NCBI GenBank assembly: GCA_963666385.1
Contig: OY762808.1
Coordinates: 243,139-307,138, forward strand
From: Bacteroidales bacterium
GTDB taxonomy: Bacteria; Bacteroidota; Bacteroidia; Bacteroidales; UBA932
Direction of reading: 5' to 3'
DNA length: 64,000 nt
In this document: in pieces, positions 36,475-46,989 of the stretch
Position numbering within the stretch: the first letter of the stretch is position 1
Layout: the number at the start of each line of letters is the position of its first letter
Position numbers and translations under genes: made by a program
The notes under the pieces: model-generated
The model's input: the letters and a program-made list of their open reading frames with translations, nothing else
Databases searched by the model: none
Told to the model about the DNA's origin: nothing

Positions 36475-36536
36475 GGGCTCCCAAATTTGGGCCTATACAT
36501 AATGTCTAACTACTAGTTTTTTAAGAATTTAGAAAA

Positions 36537-38444
36537 ATGACAAAAGAAAAAAAATTAGAACTTGATCAAGAAGAACAAGTCGAAATCATCAAAAAAATTG
36601 ACGAAAGACTCGAGTCTTTCCTGGAGGATGACGATACTCCTGTAGACGGTTTTACTAAAGAACGGAAAAGCAATGCATCAATTGCCCCTGACAAATTTGA
36701 CTGGGATTCCTTTGAAACCGAATATGTTTATGAGTCAGAAAAGAATGTAATTGAAGATCTTTACAGCCAGACCCTTTCTACAGTTATAGAGAATGAAGTT
36801 GTAGAAGGTACTGTAGTTGCATTGAACAAAAGAGAGGTAATTGTAAATATCGGTTACAAAAGTGAAGGTGTTTTAAGCATCAATGAATTCCGCTACAATC
36901 CTGAATTGGCTGTAGGGGACAAAGTAGAAGTATACGTAGAGAATGCAGAAGACAAAAGAGGTCAGCTTATACTTTCCCACAAGAAAGCAAGGTCACTTCG
37001 TTCTTGGGACAGGGTAAACGAAGCATTCGAAAAAGATGAAATTGTAAAAGGTTACATCAAATGCAGGACTAAAGGTGGTATGATTGTGGATGTGTTTGGC
37101 ATTGAAGCATTCCTTCCTGGTTCTCAAATTGATGTTAAACCTATCAGGGACTACGACATTTTTGTTAACAAGACAATGGAATTCAAGATTGTAAAAATCA
37201 ATCAGGAGTTCCGTAACGTTGTAGTTTCGCATAAAGCATTGATAGAGGCTGAGCTTGAAGCTCAAAAAGCTGATATCATTGGCAAACTGGAAAAAGGACA
37301 AATCCTTGAGGGTATTGTCAAAAACATCACCTCTTATGGCGTATTTGTAGATCTTGGTGGTGTTGACGGACTTATCCATATCACCGACCTTTCATGGGGC
37401 CGGATCAACCATCCTGAAGAGGTGGTTCAGTTGGACGAGAAAATCAATGTTGTTATACTTGACTTTGACGATACAAAAAAACGTATCGCACTGGGGCTTA
37501 AACAACTTAGCGCTCATCCATGGGATTCACTGGACACAAACCTGCAGGTAGGTGACAAGGTAAAAGGCAAAGTTGTGGTAATTGCAGATTACGGTGCTTT
37601 CATAGAGATCCAGCCAGGAGTTGAAGGCCTTATCCACGTTTCTGAGATGTCATGGTCGTTGCACTTACGCAGTGCCCAGGATTTCTTGTCTGTCGGGAAT
37701 GAGGTAGAGGCAGTTATCCTAACCCTGGACAGGGAAGAGAGGAAAATGTCCCTTGGAATCAAGCAACTCAAGAGCGATCCATGGACTGACATCAACGAGA
37801 AGTATCCTGTAGGTACCAAATGTACAGCAACTGTAAGGAACTTCACAAACTTTGGTGTATTCGTAGAGCTCGAAGAGGGAGTAGACGGACTTGTTCACAT
37901 AAGCGACCTTTCCTGGACAAAGAAAATAAAACACCCATCTGAATTTACATCTGTAGGAGACTCAATAGAGGTTGTTGTACTTGAAGTAGACCAGGAAAAC
38001 CGCAGGTTGAGTTTAGGTCACAAACAACTTGAAGAGAACCCTTGGGATGTTTTTGAAACTATCTTCTCCAATAATTCTGTTCATGAAGGAACTATAACTG
38101 CTTTTGTTGACAAAGGTGCAACAGTAGCGCTTCCTTACGGAGTTGAGGGTTATGTCAGCCAGAAAAACCTTCTCAAGGAAGATGGCTCGCAAGCCAAAGT
38201 TGATGAAAAACTAGAGTTTAAAGTAATCGAATTCAACAAAACCACCAAGAGGATTGTTCTATCTCATACCAAACTTTTCGAAGAACCTAAAAAAGAGGAA
38301 CCAAGAGAAAGAGTATCGGAGGGCGATTCCACTCAGAAAGCAGTAAAGAAACTGAAAGCCAACCTGGAAAAAACTACTTTAGGTGATATCAGTGAGCTTG
38401 CAGCATTAAAGAGTGAGATGGAAAACAACGAATCGGAGAAATAA
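36537..38444 (+). CDS. rpsA: 30S ribosomal protein S1
   Basis: 635 aa with six tandem S1 domains, with repeated G-x-V...GxFV/GVFVDLGGVDGLIH patterns. Confidence 0.95.
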   Translation: MTKEKKLELDQEEQVEIIKKIDERLESFLEDDDTPVDGFTKERKSNASIAPDKFDWDSFETEYVYESEKNVIEDLYSQTLSTVIENEVVEGTVVALNKREVIVNIGYKSEGVLSINEFRYNPELAVGDKVEVYVENAEDKRGQLILSHKKARSLRSWDRVNEAFEKDEIVKGYIKCRTKGGMIVDVFGIEAFLPGSQIDVKPIRDYDIFVNKTMEFKIVKINQEFRNVVVSHKALIEAELEAQKADIIGKLEKGQILEGIVKNITSYGVFVDLGGVDGLIHITDLSWGRINHPEEVVQLDEKINVVILDFDDTKKRIALGLKQLSAHPWDSLDTNLQVGDKVKGKVVVIADYGAFIEIQPGVEGLIHVSEMSWSLHLRSAQDFLSVGNEVEAVILTLDREERKMSLGIKQLKSDPWTDINEKYPVGTKCTATVRNFTNFGVFVELEEGVDGLVHISDLSWTKKIKHPSEFTSVGDSIEVVVLEVDQENRRLSLGHKQLEENPWDVFETIFSNNSVHEGTITAFVDKGATVALPYGVEGYVSQKNLLKEDGSQAKVDEKLEFKVIEFNKTTKRIVLSHTKLFEEPKKEEPRERVSEGDSTQKAVKKLKANLEKTTLGDISELAALKSEMENNESEK

Positions 38445-38450
38445 ATGTAA

Positions 38451-39401
38451 ATGACATTTTCTTTCACATCATTGGGCAGCGCATCAGCAATGCCTACGGT
38501 GGATAGATTTCCAAGCGCTCATGTTCTCAATGTACATGAGCGTTTGTTTTTAATCGACTGTGGAGAGGGCTGCCAGCTGAAGTTGCGGAAGTATGGTTTT
38601 TCATTTTTGAAAATCCATGAAATCTTCATTTCACATCTTCATGGAGACCATATCTTTGGATTATGGGGGCTATTATCTACAATGTCCATGCTAGGCCGTA
38701 CAGCAGATATCACCATTTATGCTCCTGTCTCATTTGGCCCTGTATTGGATTCGTTCATTAAATATTTTGGTGCTGGCTTCTTGTTCAAGGTAAAACATGT
38801 CAACTTGAAAGGGGATGATATGTTACCTCTGTTTGAGACCAGAAGCGCAGAGGTTTTTGCATTTCCACTAAACCACAGGATAGATTGTTTCGGGTTCTTG
38901 TTCAGGGAGAAAAAGCCCCCAAGGAATATTAGAAAGCATTTGATAGAACCAACTAAACTTTCTTTATACGAAATAGCTCGTCTCAAAGAGGGAAGTGATG
39001 TTGTAAGGGATGATGGCCAGGTATTGGAAAATGAATATTTCACTTATCTGCCATATAATCCCAGGTCTTTTGCTTATTGCAGTGATACAGCTCCATTCGA
39101 TGGACTAAAGGATTATGTGGAAGGCTGCGACTTGTTATACCATGAGGCAACTTTTGCTTCTGATTTGTATGCAATGGCAAGGAAAACCATGCATTCTACG
39201 GCTACAGATGCAGCAAAATGTGCTTTGGATGCCAAAGTAGCAAAATTGATTATTGGACATTTCTCTTCACGATATAAAAAAACTGATGTTTTACTTAAAG
39301 AAGCCAGGGATATATTTCCCGGGACTTATATTGCCCAAGAGGGCATGGTGTTTGAAGTTCCTTTAGTCAAACCATACAAAAGCAATCAATCAAATTTATG
39401 A
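38451..39401 (+). CDS. rnz: ribonuclease Z (metallo-beta-lactamase fold)
   Basis: FISHLHGDHIFGL (HxHxDH) and the C-terminal LIIGHFSSRY motif. About 310-aa short-form RNase Z. Confidence 0.85.
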   Translation: MTFSFTSLGSASAMPTVDRFPSAHVLNVHERLFLIDCGEGCQLKLRKYGFSFLKIHEIFISHLHGDHIFGLWGLLSTMSMLGRTADITIYAPVSFGPVLDSFIKYFGAGFLFKVKHVNLKGDDMLPLFETRSAEVFAFPLNHRIDCFGFLFREKKPPRNIRKHLIEPTKLSLYEIARLKEGSDVVRDDGQVLENEYFTYLPYNPRSFAYCSDTAPFDGLKDYVEGCDLLYHEATFASDLYAMARKTMHSTATDAAKCALDAKVAKLIIGHFSSRYKKTDVLLKEARDIFPGTYIAQEGMVFEVPLVKPYKSNQSNL

Positions 39402-40978
39402 AGAAATATTTATCAATATCAATCCTGGCTGTTGTCTCTTTGTTGGCAATCCAAGGATACGGACAAGGGAAAGAGCTGAACAACCATATAGCGAAATTTG
39501 GCCAGGTGCTTTTCTATATCAATAATTATTATTTGGATAGTATAGACAATAACGATGTTACCGAGCATGCTGTCAAAAGCATGATCTCTGCCTTGGACCC
39601 TCATTCGTCATACATATCAGCAGATGAAGTAAAGGCTATGAATGAGCCTTTGGAGGGGAATTTCGAGGGAGTTGGAATTGAATTTGCTATTATCAGGGAT
39701 ACATTGACTGTTGCTTCGCCGATCTCGGGAGGGCCATCGGAAAGTGTTGGTATTAGGGCAGGAGATAAGATTGTTGTTATAGATGGAGAGGGTGTTGCAT
39801 CTATTGGTATAACAAATGATATGGTTTTCAAATATCTAAGGGGGCCAAAGGGGTCTAAGGTCACATTGGAGATTGCAAGAAGAGGTGTAGAGGAAAACCT
39901 TGTTTTTGAAGTGATCCGGGATAAGATTCCTATTAATAGTGTGGATGCTGCATACGAAGTTTCACCTGGTGTTGTTTATGTGAGGTTGAGCCGTTTTGCT
40001 GCCAATTCGTCTCGAGAGATACTTTCTGCCATCCTGGACCTAAATATGGCACAAATAGATGGGTTCATATTGGATTTGAGGGGTAATTCCGGTGGTTATT
40101 TGGGGACAGCTATGGAGATAACTAATTTTTTCCTTGATGCAGGTCAAACCATTGTTTATACAGAGGGAATGAAAGTTCCCAAGATGACTGAAAAAGCTAA
40201 AGGAACCGGTTTTTACAAAAATGGTCCTCTGGTTGTACTGGTAGATGAAAACTCTGCCTCTGCAAGCGAAATTGTTGCTGGTGCCGTCCAGGATTGGGAT
40301 CGAGGAATGATTATTGGCAGACGTACTTTTGGAAAGGGATTGGTCCAACAAATGCTGCCACTCAATGACGGAGCTCAGCTAAGACTGACAGTGGCAAGGT
40401 ACCATACACCATCTGGAAGGGTTATACAGGCACCTTACAGGGAGGGGTCCAAGGAAGATTATTACAAAGCTTTTTTTGAAAGGTACCAGAGGGGAGAATT
40501 GTTTAACAGGGATAGTATTCAATTGCCCGATTCGCTTAAGTACAAGACCTTGAAAAAAGGCAGGACAGTATACGGAGGTGGTGGGATAATGCCGGATATC
40601 TTTGTCCCTGCAGATACTACATACCAGACTGATTATTATTCACAATTACTCAGGAAAGGGGTTATTCTGGATTTCATGAACGATTATTCTGACAAGAACA
40701 GGTTTAGGTTAAAGAGTGCTTACCCCAATTTTGACAATTTCCGGCAAGGATTTTCTTTTGGAGAAGATCTCTTTGAGTCATTCAAAAGTTTAGCCGAAAG
40801 CAGGGGTATATCCTATGATCATGAGGAGTTTGAACAATCTTTTCCAGAGATTGAAAACTATATGAAAGCTCTGCTTGCCAGGTCAATCTTTGGGACACCG
40901 GCTTTTTATAAAATTGTCAACAGTTACAACGACAAAGTCTTTGAAGCGGCCATGGATTATATCAATGACAATAAATAG
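39398..40978 (+). CDS. S41 family C-terminal processing peptidase
   Basis: Signal peptide and PDZ (GIEFAIIRDTLTVASPISGGPSESVGIRAGDKIVVIDG). Catalytic SASASEI and RTFGKGLVQ (Ser/Lys dyad). ATGA overlap with rnz. Confidence 0.85.
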   Translation: MKKYLSISILAVVSLLAIQGYGQGKELNNHIAKFGQVLFYINNYYLDSIDNNDVTEHAVKSMISALDPHSSYISADEVKAMNEPLEGNFEGVGIEFAIIRDTLTVASPISGGPSESVGIRAGDKIVVIDGEGVASIGITNDMVFKYLRGPKGSKVTLEIARRGVEENLVFEVIRDKIPINSVDAAYEVSPGVVYVRLSRFAANSSREILSAILDLNMAQIDGFILDLRGNSGGYLGTAMEITNFFLDAGQTIVYTEGMKVPKMTEKAKGTGFYKNGPLVVLVDENSASASEIVAGAVQDWDRGMIIGRRTFGKGLVQQMLPLNDGAQLRLTVARYHTPSGRVIQAPYREGSKEDYYKAFFERYQRGELFNRDSIQLPDSLKYKTLKKGRTVYGGGGIMPDIFVPADTTYQTDYYSQLLRKGVILDFMNDYSDKNRFRLKSAYPNFDNFRQGFSFGEDLFESFKSLAESRGISYDHEEFEQSFPEIENYMKALLARSIFGTPAFYKIVNSYNDKVFEAAMDYINDNK

Positions 40979-40990
40979 AAAATCGAGCTA

Positions 40991-42007
40991 CTATTTCAAT
41001 TTGCTTATGGCAGATTGGTAGGCCCTGGCATTACGGTTGTGTGCAGAGAGGGTAGATGCAAAGTTATGGGATCCATCCAGTGATGGTTTAGCGCAAAAAT
41101 ACAAGTAGTTGTGCTTTGAATAATTCAACACAGCATCAATGACAGAAGGAGAGGGTATGGTAATGGGCCCCGGGGGCAGCCCTTTTATTTTGTATGTATT
41201 GTACGGGGAGTCGATTTCCAGATGTTGGTACAGTATCCTTTTTATTGATGGGTCATTCAAAGCATATTTGATTGTAGGATCTGCTTGCAGAGGGATACCT
41301 CTTTTGAGACGGTTGACATAGACACCTGCTATTACCGGGTGTTCCGATTTGATGTTGCTCTCCTCTGCTACAATGGAAGCCAAGGTAGCTACCTCTATTG
41401 GAGAGAGGTCCAGGTCACGTGCTTTGTGTTGCCTTTCTTGGTTCCAAAATTTATTGTATTCGGAATGCAACCTTAATACTATCTCTTTTGGAGAGGATGT
41501 CCAGTATATTTCGTAAGTGTTCAACAGGAACATACCTGGAAATGAATATTTGTCAAACCCTAAAGAATTTATCAAGGTTTCATCTTGGAGCGTTTGCAAT
41601 GTTTTTGCAGAGTCGCTTGATATTTTGCCAGATATTATTGACGCAAGCTTTTCCATACTTCTGATGTTTCCGGACAAGATGAGGTTGTGAGGTGACTGTA
41701 GTCCTAAGTTGAACATCCTTACGAGCCCCCTGTTTGTCATAGCCGGGGTAATGATGTACCTTCCGGCTTTTACCTTGTCGTTCAATTTGAATGCCTTGGA
41801 TGCCACCTTGAACCACCATGGATTCAGGAGTGCATTTGCAGTATCAAGTTGTTCCAACAGTACGTTGCCGGATGTTCCCGGATAAATATAAAGAGTTACA
41901 TTCTTGCCGGGAGTGTTCCCTTTCAATGCAATATTCCATATGATAAAAGTAGAGGCAACGGTTACTGACAATATTATCAATAATATGAAAACAAGGATTT
42001 TTTTCAT
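40991..42007 (-). CDS. mltG: endolytic murein transglycosylase MltG (YceG-like)
   Basis: N-terminal TM anchor. ASIVAEES...AGVYVNRLKRGIPLQADPTIKY...DSPYNTYKIKGLPPGPI are YceG signatures. ATGA overlap with the upstream gene. Confidence 0.85.
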   Translation of the reverse strand: MKKILVFILLIILSVTVASTFIIWNIALKGNTPGKNVTLYIYPGTSGNVLLEQLDTANALLNPWWFKVASKAFKLNDKVKAGRYIITPAMTNRGLVRMFNLGLQSPHNLILSGNIRSMEKLASIISGKISSDSAKTLQTLQDETLINSLGFDKYSFPGMFLLNTYEIYWTSSPKEIVLRLHSEYNKFWNQERQHKARDLDLSPIEVATLASIVAEESNIKSEHPVIAGVYVNRLKRGIPLQADPTIKYALNDPSIKRILYQHLEIDSPYNTYKIKGLPPGPITIPSPSVIDAVLNYSKHNYLYFCAKPSLDGSHNFASTLSAHNRNARAYQSAISKLK

Positions 42008-42948
42008 TTTCCAATCAAGTTTATGGTTGATCCCTCTTTGGGAATATGATCTTTGTCAAGGTTGTTGATTTTTAGCAATGATTTTAACCTTATGCCATAG
42101 TTTTGAGATATTTCCTGCAAAGATTCATTACCAGAGGCAATATGTTTTGGGGTTTCCATGGGAGCTCTTCTCTTTTTCTTTTGTACATACACCAAAGTAC
42201 CTGGTTTCAATGTCGGATTTCCTTTAAGGTCGTTGAACCCGATTAATTCCCTTTTGAACAGTGAAAATTCCTTTGCAATGGAAGAGTAGCTCTCCCCATC
42301 CATGGCAATTACGAATGCAACCCCATTCTTGGTGGAAATAGCCCTTTTCAAGGAAATTTCATAGAAATATGAACCCATTTGCGGGTTGAGTGCTTGTGCA
42401 GTGAGCACCTTGCCAGGAGAATCGGGCAGAGTAGCGACCGGAGTATCGTATTTGTACAAGGAGTACTTTTCTATCAAATTTATAAGTAGTTGTGCATATT
42501 GAGGGTTAGTAGCATATCCGGCAGCTTTCAAACCATGTGCCCATGCTTTGTAATCTTTGATGTCAAGATCAAACAGGGCCCTGTACCTGGTCCTGTAACG
42601 CAAGAATTCGGAATGGTCCTTGAAGGATTCCGTGGCATTTTGGTATTTGCGGAAACATTCATTCTTTTTGTCATCGTCATGTCTGATGGTTTCACCCTTC
42701 CAATCATGGCATTTTATGCCAAAATGGTTGTTCGCTTTTATTGCCAGCCTTGATTTTCCAAATGATGATTCCAGGCAGGCTTGTGCCAAAATGATGCTGG
42801 CGGGTATTCCGTATTGCTCCATTTGACCAATGGCAATGGTGCTGTAACGGATTATATACTCCTCTTGGTATTTGTTTTGGGAATAGATTGAATTGCTAAG
42901 GAAGCCCATAAGGGCGAAAACCATGAATATTTTGTATTTGGCATGCAT
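42004..42948 (-). CDS. glucosaminidase (GH73/FlgJ-like) with two C-terminal LysM domains
   Basis: GIPASIILAQACLESSFGKSRLAIKANNHFGIK is the mannosyl-glycoprotein endo-beta-N-acetylglucosaminidase motif. Two LysM-like repeats (ESYSSIAKEF...GFNDL and ESLQEISQNY...KINNL). ATG 42948 preferred over GTG 42960. Confidence 0.75.
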   Translation of the reverse strand: MHAKYKIFMVFALMGFLSNSIYSQNKYQEEYIIRYSTIAIGQMEQYGIPASIILAQACLESSFGKSRLAIKANNHFGIKCHDWKGETIRHDDDKKNECFRKYQNATESFKDHSEFLRYRTRYRALFDLDIKDYKAWAHGLKAAGYATNPQYAQLLINLIEKYSLYKYDTPVATLPDSPGKVLTAQALNPQMGSYFYEISLKRAISTKNGVAFVIAMDGESYSSIAKEFSLFKRELIGFNDLKGNPTLKPGTLVYVQKKKRRAPMETPKHIASGNESLQEISQNYGIRLKSLLKINNLDKDHIPKEGSTINLIGK

Positions 42949-42977
42949 ATTATTCCTCACTCTGTCGGCAAAATTAC

Positions 42978-42985
42978 TAATTTTG
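42978..42985 (+). promoter_or_regulatory. -7 promoter motif (TAATTTTG) for cdd
   Basis: TAnnTTTG lies 23 nt upstream of ATG 43008. Confidence 0.45.
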
Positions 42986-43007
42986 CATTAATCACAAATA
43001 AAAAAGG

Positions 43008-43487
43008 ATGAAGCAGGAAGAACTTGTAATAAAATATAGTGAGTATTCCAATAAAGAGGAGTTACCACAAACAGAATCAAAATTGTTGGAAGAGGCAAGA
43101 AAGGCCGCTATGGGTGCATATGCTCCATATTCGGGCTTCAAGGTGGGTGCAGCCTTGTTGTTGGACAATGGAGAAATAATATCTGCAAGCAACCAGGAAA
43201 ATGCAGCGTACCCTTCTGGACTTTGTGCAGAGAGGGTTGCAATTTTTTATGCCCACGCCAGGTATCCAAATGCAAAAGTGCTGGAATTGGCCGTCACTGC
43301 CTTTTTCAACGGCAAGGAACTTGAATCGCCCACATATCCCTGCGGAGCATGCAGGCAAGTAATAGCGGAATCGGAGCAAAGAGGAAAAAATCCTATAAGG
43401 ATAATAATTGGCAGCAAGGGTGTTACACAGGTTGTGGAGAGTACATCTGCACTTCTTCCTTTTGTTTTTGACAATCTTCCCAGATAG
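43008..43487 (+). CDS. cdd: cytidine deaminase
   Basis: CAERVAI and PCGACRQV zinc-binding motifs. 159 aa. Confidence 0.9.
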   Translation: MKQEELVIKYSEYSNKEELPQTESKLLEEARKAAMGAYAPYSGFKVGAALLLDNGEIISASNQENAAYPSGLCAERVAIFYAHARYPNAKVLELAVTAFFNGKELESPTYPCGACRQVIAESEQRGKNPIRIIIGSKGVTQVVESTSALLPFVFDNLPR

Positions 43488-43514
43488 TTTTTTCTCTCTT
43501 TTGGAAAATTGTAT

Positions 43515-43522
43515 TATCTTTG
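43515..43522 (+). promoter_or_regulatory. -7 promoter motif (TATCTTTG) for SRP RNA
   Basis: It ends 4 nt before the inferred ffs 5' end. Confidence 0.5.
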
Positions 43523-43525
43523 TGC

Positions 43526-43623
43526 GGGGTAAGTCATATACGACCAGCTCCCACTGAACTCCCCCAGGGTCGGAAGGCAGCAAGGGTAGGTGGTTGTAGC
43601 GGTGCGATATATCAAGCTTACCC
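43526..43623 (+). ncRNA. ffs: signal recognition particle RNA (small 4.5S type)
   Basis: CCCAGGGUCGGAAGGCAGCAAGGGUAG is the conserved helix 8 (domain IV) with a GGAA tetraloop and AGCA symmetric loop. The 5' GGGGUAAG pairs with the 3' CUUACCC. A T-run follows. Confidence 0.85.
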
Positions 43624-43647
43624 TTTTTCTTTTTCAAACCAATCATT

Positions 43648-44844
43648 ATGAAAATTGCAGTTGGACTTTCGGGTGGAGTTGATTCCAGTGTAGCAGCCTA
43701 TTTGTTAAAAGAACAAGGACATGAAGTAATTGCCCTTTTCATGCAAAATTGGCATGATACCACAGGTACCTTGTTTGGTGATTGTCCATGGAAAGATGAC
43801 AGGGCAATTGCAGAGATGGTAGCCAGGAAACTGGATATACCTTTCCATTTTGTAGATTTGAGTGAAGAATATTCTAAAAGGGTAGTGGACTACATGTTCC
43901 AGGAGTACAAGATGGGAAGGACTCCAAACCCCGATGTTCTTTGCAATCGTGAAATAAAGTTTGAAGCATTCCTTAGGCATGCGCTTGAACTTGGAGTTGA
44001 TTATGTAGCTACCGGACACTATTGCCGTAAGGAAGAGTCCAGGGACAAAGATGGAAATCGTGTTTACAGATTGTTGGCTGGCAAGGATGGCAATAAAGAC
44101 CAAAGTTATTTTCTATGCCAGCTTTCCCAGGAGCAATTATCCAAGGCACTCTTCCCTATAGGTGACATAACCAAACCTCAGGTAAGGGAATTGGCTGCAA
44201 AGGCCAAATTACCCTCTGCAAACAAAAAGGATTCGCAAGGGATATGTTTTGTCGGAAAAATTGATTTGCCAGTGTTCCTGCAGCAAAAACTTGAAGCAAA
44301 AGAGGGTAACGTTGTTGAGGTTTTCAATGACTTTTACAGTGGGAATGAGTTATTCCAATTACAGGACAAAGATATTCTGACCGATTGTGAATTGGAAAAA
44401 TTGGCAAAGCCTTATTGCTATACTCCAATATCGGGTAAGGTTATTGGTAAGCACCAAGGTGCCCATTTCTATACAATAGGACAAAGGAAAGGGTTGAATA
44501 TTGGAGGTCATCTAAATCCTCTTTTTGTGATTTCCACTGATGTTTCAGAAAACATCGTATACGTTGGGGAGGGGCAGGACCATCCGGGACTTTACAGGAA
44601 AGCGCTTTCAATTGAATCTTCCCAAATACATTGGGTGCGACCAGACTTGAAACTGGAAAAGGATGAGAGAAGGGATTTGCTTGTCAGGATAAGGTACAGG
44701 CAACCTCTTCAAGAGGCAACCCTTATGGAAAGAGGCAACCAAGTATTCATATTGTTCAAAGAGCCCCAAAGAGGGATAACTTCGGGGCAATTTGCAGCTT
44801 TCTATTCCAAAGATGAGCTCATTGGCTCCGGAGTAATAGCTTAA
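43648..44844 (+). CDS. mnmA: tRNA 2-thiouridine(34) synthase
   Basis: PP-loop [17 protein letters not shown] and KDQSYFL motifs. Confidence 0.9.
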   Translation: MKIAVGLSGGVDSSVAAYLLKEQGHEVIALFMQNWHDTTGTLFGDCPWKDDRAIAEMVARKLDIPFHFVDLSEEYSKRVVDYMFQEYKMGRTPNPDVLCNREIKFEAFLRHALELGVDYVATGHYCRKEESRDKDGNRVYRLLAGKDGNKDQSYFLCQLSQEQLSKALFPIGDITKPQVRELAAKAKLPSANKKDSQGICFVGKIDLPVFLQQKLEAKEGNVVEVFNDFYSGNELFQLQDKDILTDCELEKLAKPYCYTPISGKVIGKHQGAHFYTIGQRKGLNIGGHLNPLFVISTDVSENIVYVGEGQDHPGLYRKALSIESSQIHWVRPDLKLEKDERRDLLVRIRYRQPLQEATLMERGNQVFILFKEPQRGITSGQFAAFYSKDELIGSGVIA

Positions 44845-46928
44845 TCTGAATATTTAAAATTTGTTATTTCCTTGGTTGGTTCAAAGCCTGGCCTTGGATA
44901 ATTGAACAGAGGGAAAACCTGTTCTGTCTCTCCCGAGGTGTAATTCCATATTGAAGCATATTCCTCTTTCTTTTCTCCCATAGCCTCCAATTCCCTGAGA
45001 TATGACATTACAGACCTGTTCTCAATTATATATACTTTGCCCATTTTGTCTATGATTGGGCTGTGTTCCCTTGTATGGTCATGATCAAACTCCAGGATCC
45101 TTTTTCCCTCTTTTGATATACCTACCAGTTTGAAGGTCATGCTTTTGCCAATTGCCGGTAAATTGAGGACATTCCTGTCTGTCGGCACAAATGGTAATTC
45201 GTTGGATTTCATGAATTTATTAAGTGACGCAGCAATATTCTCCCCTTTTCTGAAAATTGAATTAAGCTCTTTAATTTGGTGTTCGTTCATTTTACCGAAA
45301 GATTTCTCTTCCATTTGTTCCTGCATGGACCTGCTGTTTGGTGCGAATACTTCCATGTTTTCTTCAAAACCTTTGACTGTGAATGTATAGTATGTAACAA
45401 CTCCCAGTGAATTCAGGGATTGCCTGAGCCTTGCCGGGTGTCCTCTGCGAGAAGCAGCTGCAGTGAATACCATTTGGTTGGAGATTGTCCATCCTGCAGA
45501 TAGGATAGCCTCTATCCCTTTTTTTGCCTCTACAGTAATTTCCAGGGGACTTTGGAAATGGGTCTGAACCACGAATTGCTTGATTCCAGCTTCCAAACCT
45601 TTTTTGCGGAAATTACCAAGTATCTGGATCAATTCGTTGTCGATCCTCATGGGAAGGTAAGCAAGCAATCGGGAACCTAGCCTTACCCTTTGTATTTCGT
45701 AATATTTTTCCCCGTCTGTCCTGTTTTTGTTGGCTTCCTTTTTCTTGGTGGCCATTTTAAGAACTGCATCCAAAATCTTTTCCAGGACTTTGTTCCTGCT
45801 CATAAGTGCATCTCCTCCGGTAATGAGGATATCCCTAAGCTGGGAGTCAGCTTCGAAATAGTTCATGAGTTTTATCAACTTTTTGTCCCAGCTCTCTTGA
45901 GGTTTGAGTGAGTCAAGGTCAAAATTGAGACGTTGGCTTTGGAAGTCGTACATCCTTTGGCATGATGCACATAATCCACCACAACTTCTGCCTCCGGTAT
46001 CTGGGATCATTATGGCAACTTCTGGGTATCTTCTATGGATATTATGTCCTTCTGGTAATAGCCATCCAGCAGCATTCGGTTCGCCGGCAGTGACTTGGTC
46101 TTCCTTTTCCCATGCCTTGATATTGCCATAAGTGTCTACAAGTGATTCACTGTATAATACATAAGATCTGATTGCATTGTCGTCGAAACCGTTCACGTCG
46201 GGGCAAAGAAGTGAGATATAATAAGGTGTTATGAAAAATGGTATCTTTTTGTTTTTAGCCTTCTTGAGCATTCTCATTGTTTTGACAGAGAGGCTCTCTT
46301 CCATGAAGGTGTTGAGTTCTGAAGGGCTTTTTATGGCCATTGACAGATGGAACCTGAAATCGTTCCACCATCCTCTGACTTTTTCTCGTTTTTGCTCCAG
46401 AGTAAGGTCGTTTTCAAAGAAATATTTAGAAGAGGTATTTGTTCTTTTTTCAATTTTATGGATTAGAAGTTCTATTATCTTCTCTTTGCGTGATTCCCTT
46501 TTTGCCTTGATCTCTTTGTCCAGACCCATAGGCCACCTTTTCATGTGCTTGTTGAATTTGTATTCGGAGTAACCGGTATTCTTGACTGCTCCTGTCATGT
46601 TGGCCAATATATGGTAAAGGTCAGTGTACAAATCTGTTGAAGTACCTTCCGGGATATTGCCTTTTAGAAAATTCCACAATAAAGAGAAAGTTTCTATATA
46701 TACTTTTTCATTCCGTGATAATTCGTTTATGAAGGAGGCTTCGTAAGAGAGCATCTCTTTAACCAAAAGGGCATTTTTAACCATAATTGAATCTGTTCCG
46801 GATTCAATTATCTTGTCTGTCAATTTCAAAAGGGAATTGAAAAAAACTTCTTCAGAGCTACTCTCTTTTGCAGCATTGAAAATTTCGGGAAGTTTTTTTC
46901 TAAAATTGTTGAGTGTATTATATGCCAT
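44841..46928 (-). CDS. KamA-family (lysine 2,3-aminomutase-like) radical SAM protein with long N- and C-terminal extensions
   Basis: [32 protein letters not shown] carries CxxxCxxC in the KamA context. [31 protein letters not shown] and VVTYYTF follow the KamA core order. 695 aa, against about 350-420 aa for characterised members. Confidence 0.75.
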   Translation of the reverse strand: MAYNTLNNFRKKLPEIFNAAKESSSEEVFFNSLLKLTDKIIESGTDSIMVKNALLVKEMLSYEASFINELSRNEKVYIETFSLLWNFLKGNIPEGTSTDLYTDLYHILANMTGAVKNTGYSEYKFNKHMKRWPMGLDKEIKAKRESRKEKIIELLIHKIEKRTNTSSKYFFENDLTLEQKREKVRGWWNDFRFHLSMAIKSPSELNTFMEESLSVKTMRMLKKAKNKKIPFFITPYYISLLCPDVNGFDDNAIRSYVLYSESLVDTYGNIKAWEKEDQVTAGEPNAAGWLLPEGHNIHRRYPEVAIMIPDTGGRSCGGLCASCQRMYDFQSQRLNFDLDSLKPQESWDKKLIKLMNYFEADSQLRDILITGGDALMSRNKVLEKILDAVLKMATKKKEANKNRTDGEKYYEIQRVRLGSRLLAYLPMRIDNELIQILGNFRKKGLEAGIKQFVVQTHFQSPLEITVEAKKGIEAILSAGWTISNQMVFTAAASRRGHPARLRQSLNSLGVVTYYTFTVKGFEENMEVFAPNSRSMQEQMEEKSFGKMNEHQIKELNSIFRKGENIAASLNKFMKSNELPFVPTDRNVLNLPAIGKSMTFKLVGISKEGKRILEFDHDHTREHSPIIDKMGKVYIIENRSVMSYLRELEAMGEKKEEYASIWNYTSGETEQVFPLFNYPRPGFEPTKEITNFKYSD

Positions 46929-46989
46929 TTTATTAAATATTAATTTGAATTCCTACAAATTTACAAAAAAAATGGCTTTTTTTTGGTAA

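Noticed and set aside
36377-36536. 160-bp region upstream of rpsA, considered as a possible ncRNA or autoregulatory leader
   Set aside because: Only a promoter motif and a leader of about 60 nt are visible. I see no stable conserved-looking structure and cannot support an RNA element from sequence alone.
43077-43646. 189-aa minus-strand ORF spanning cdd and the SRP RNA gene
   Set aside because: It overlaps a motif-supported cytidine deaminase and a structured RNA. The composition is not protein-like.
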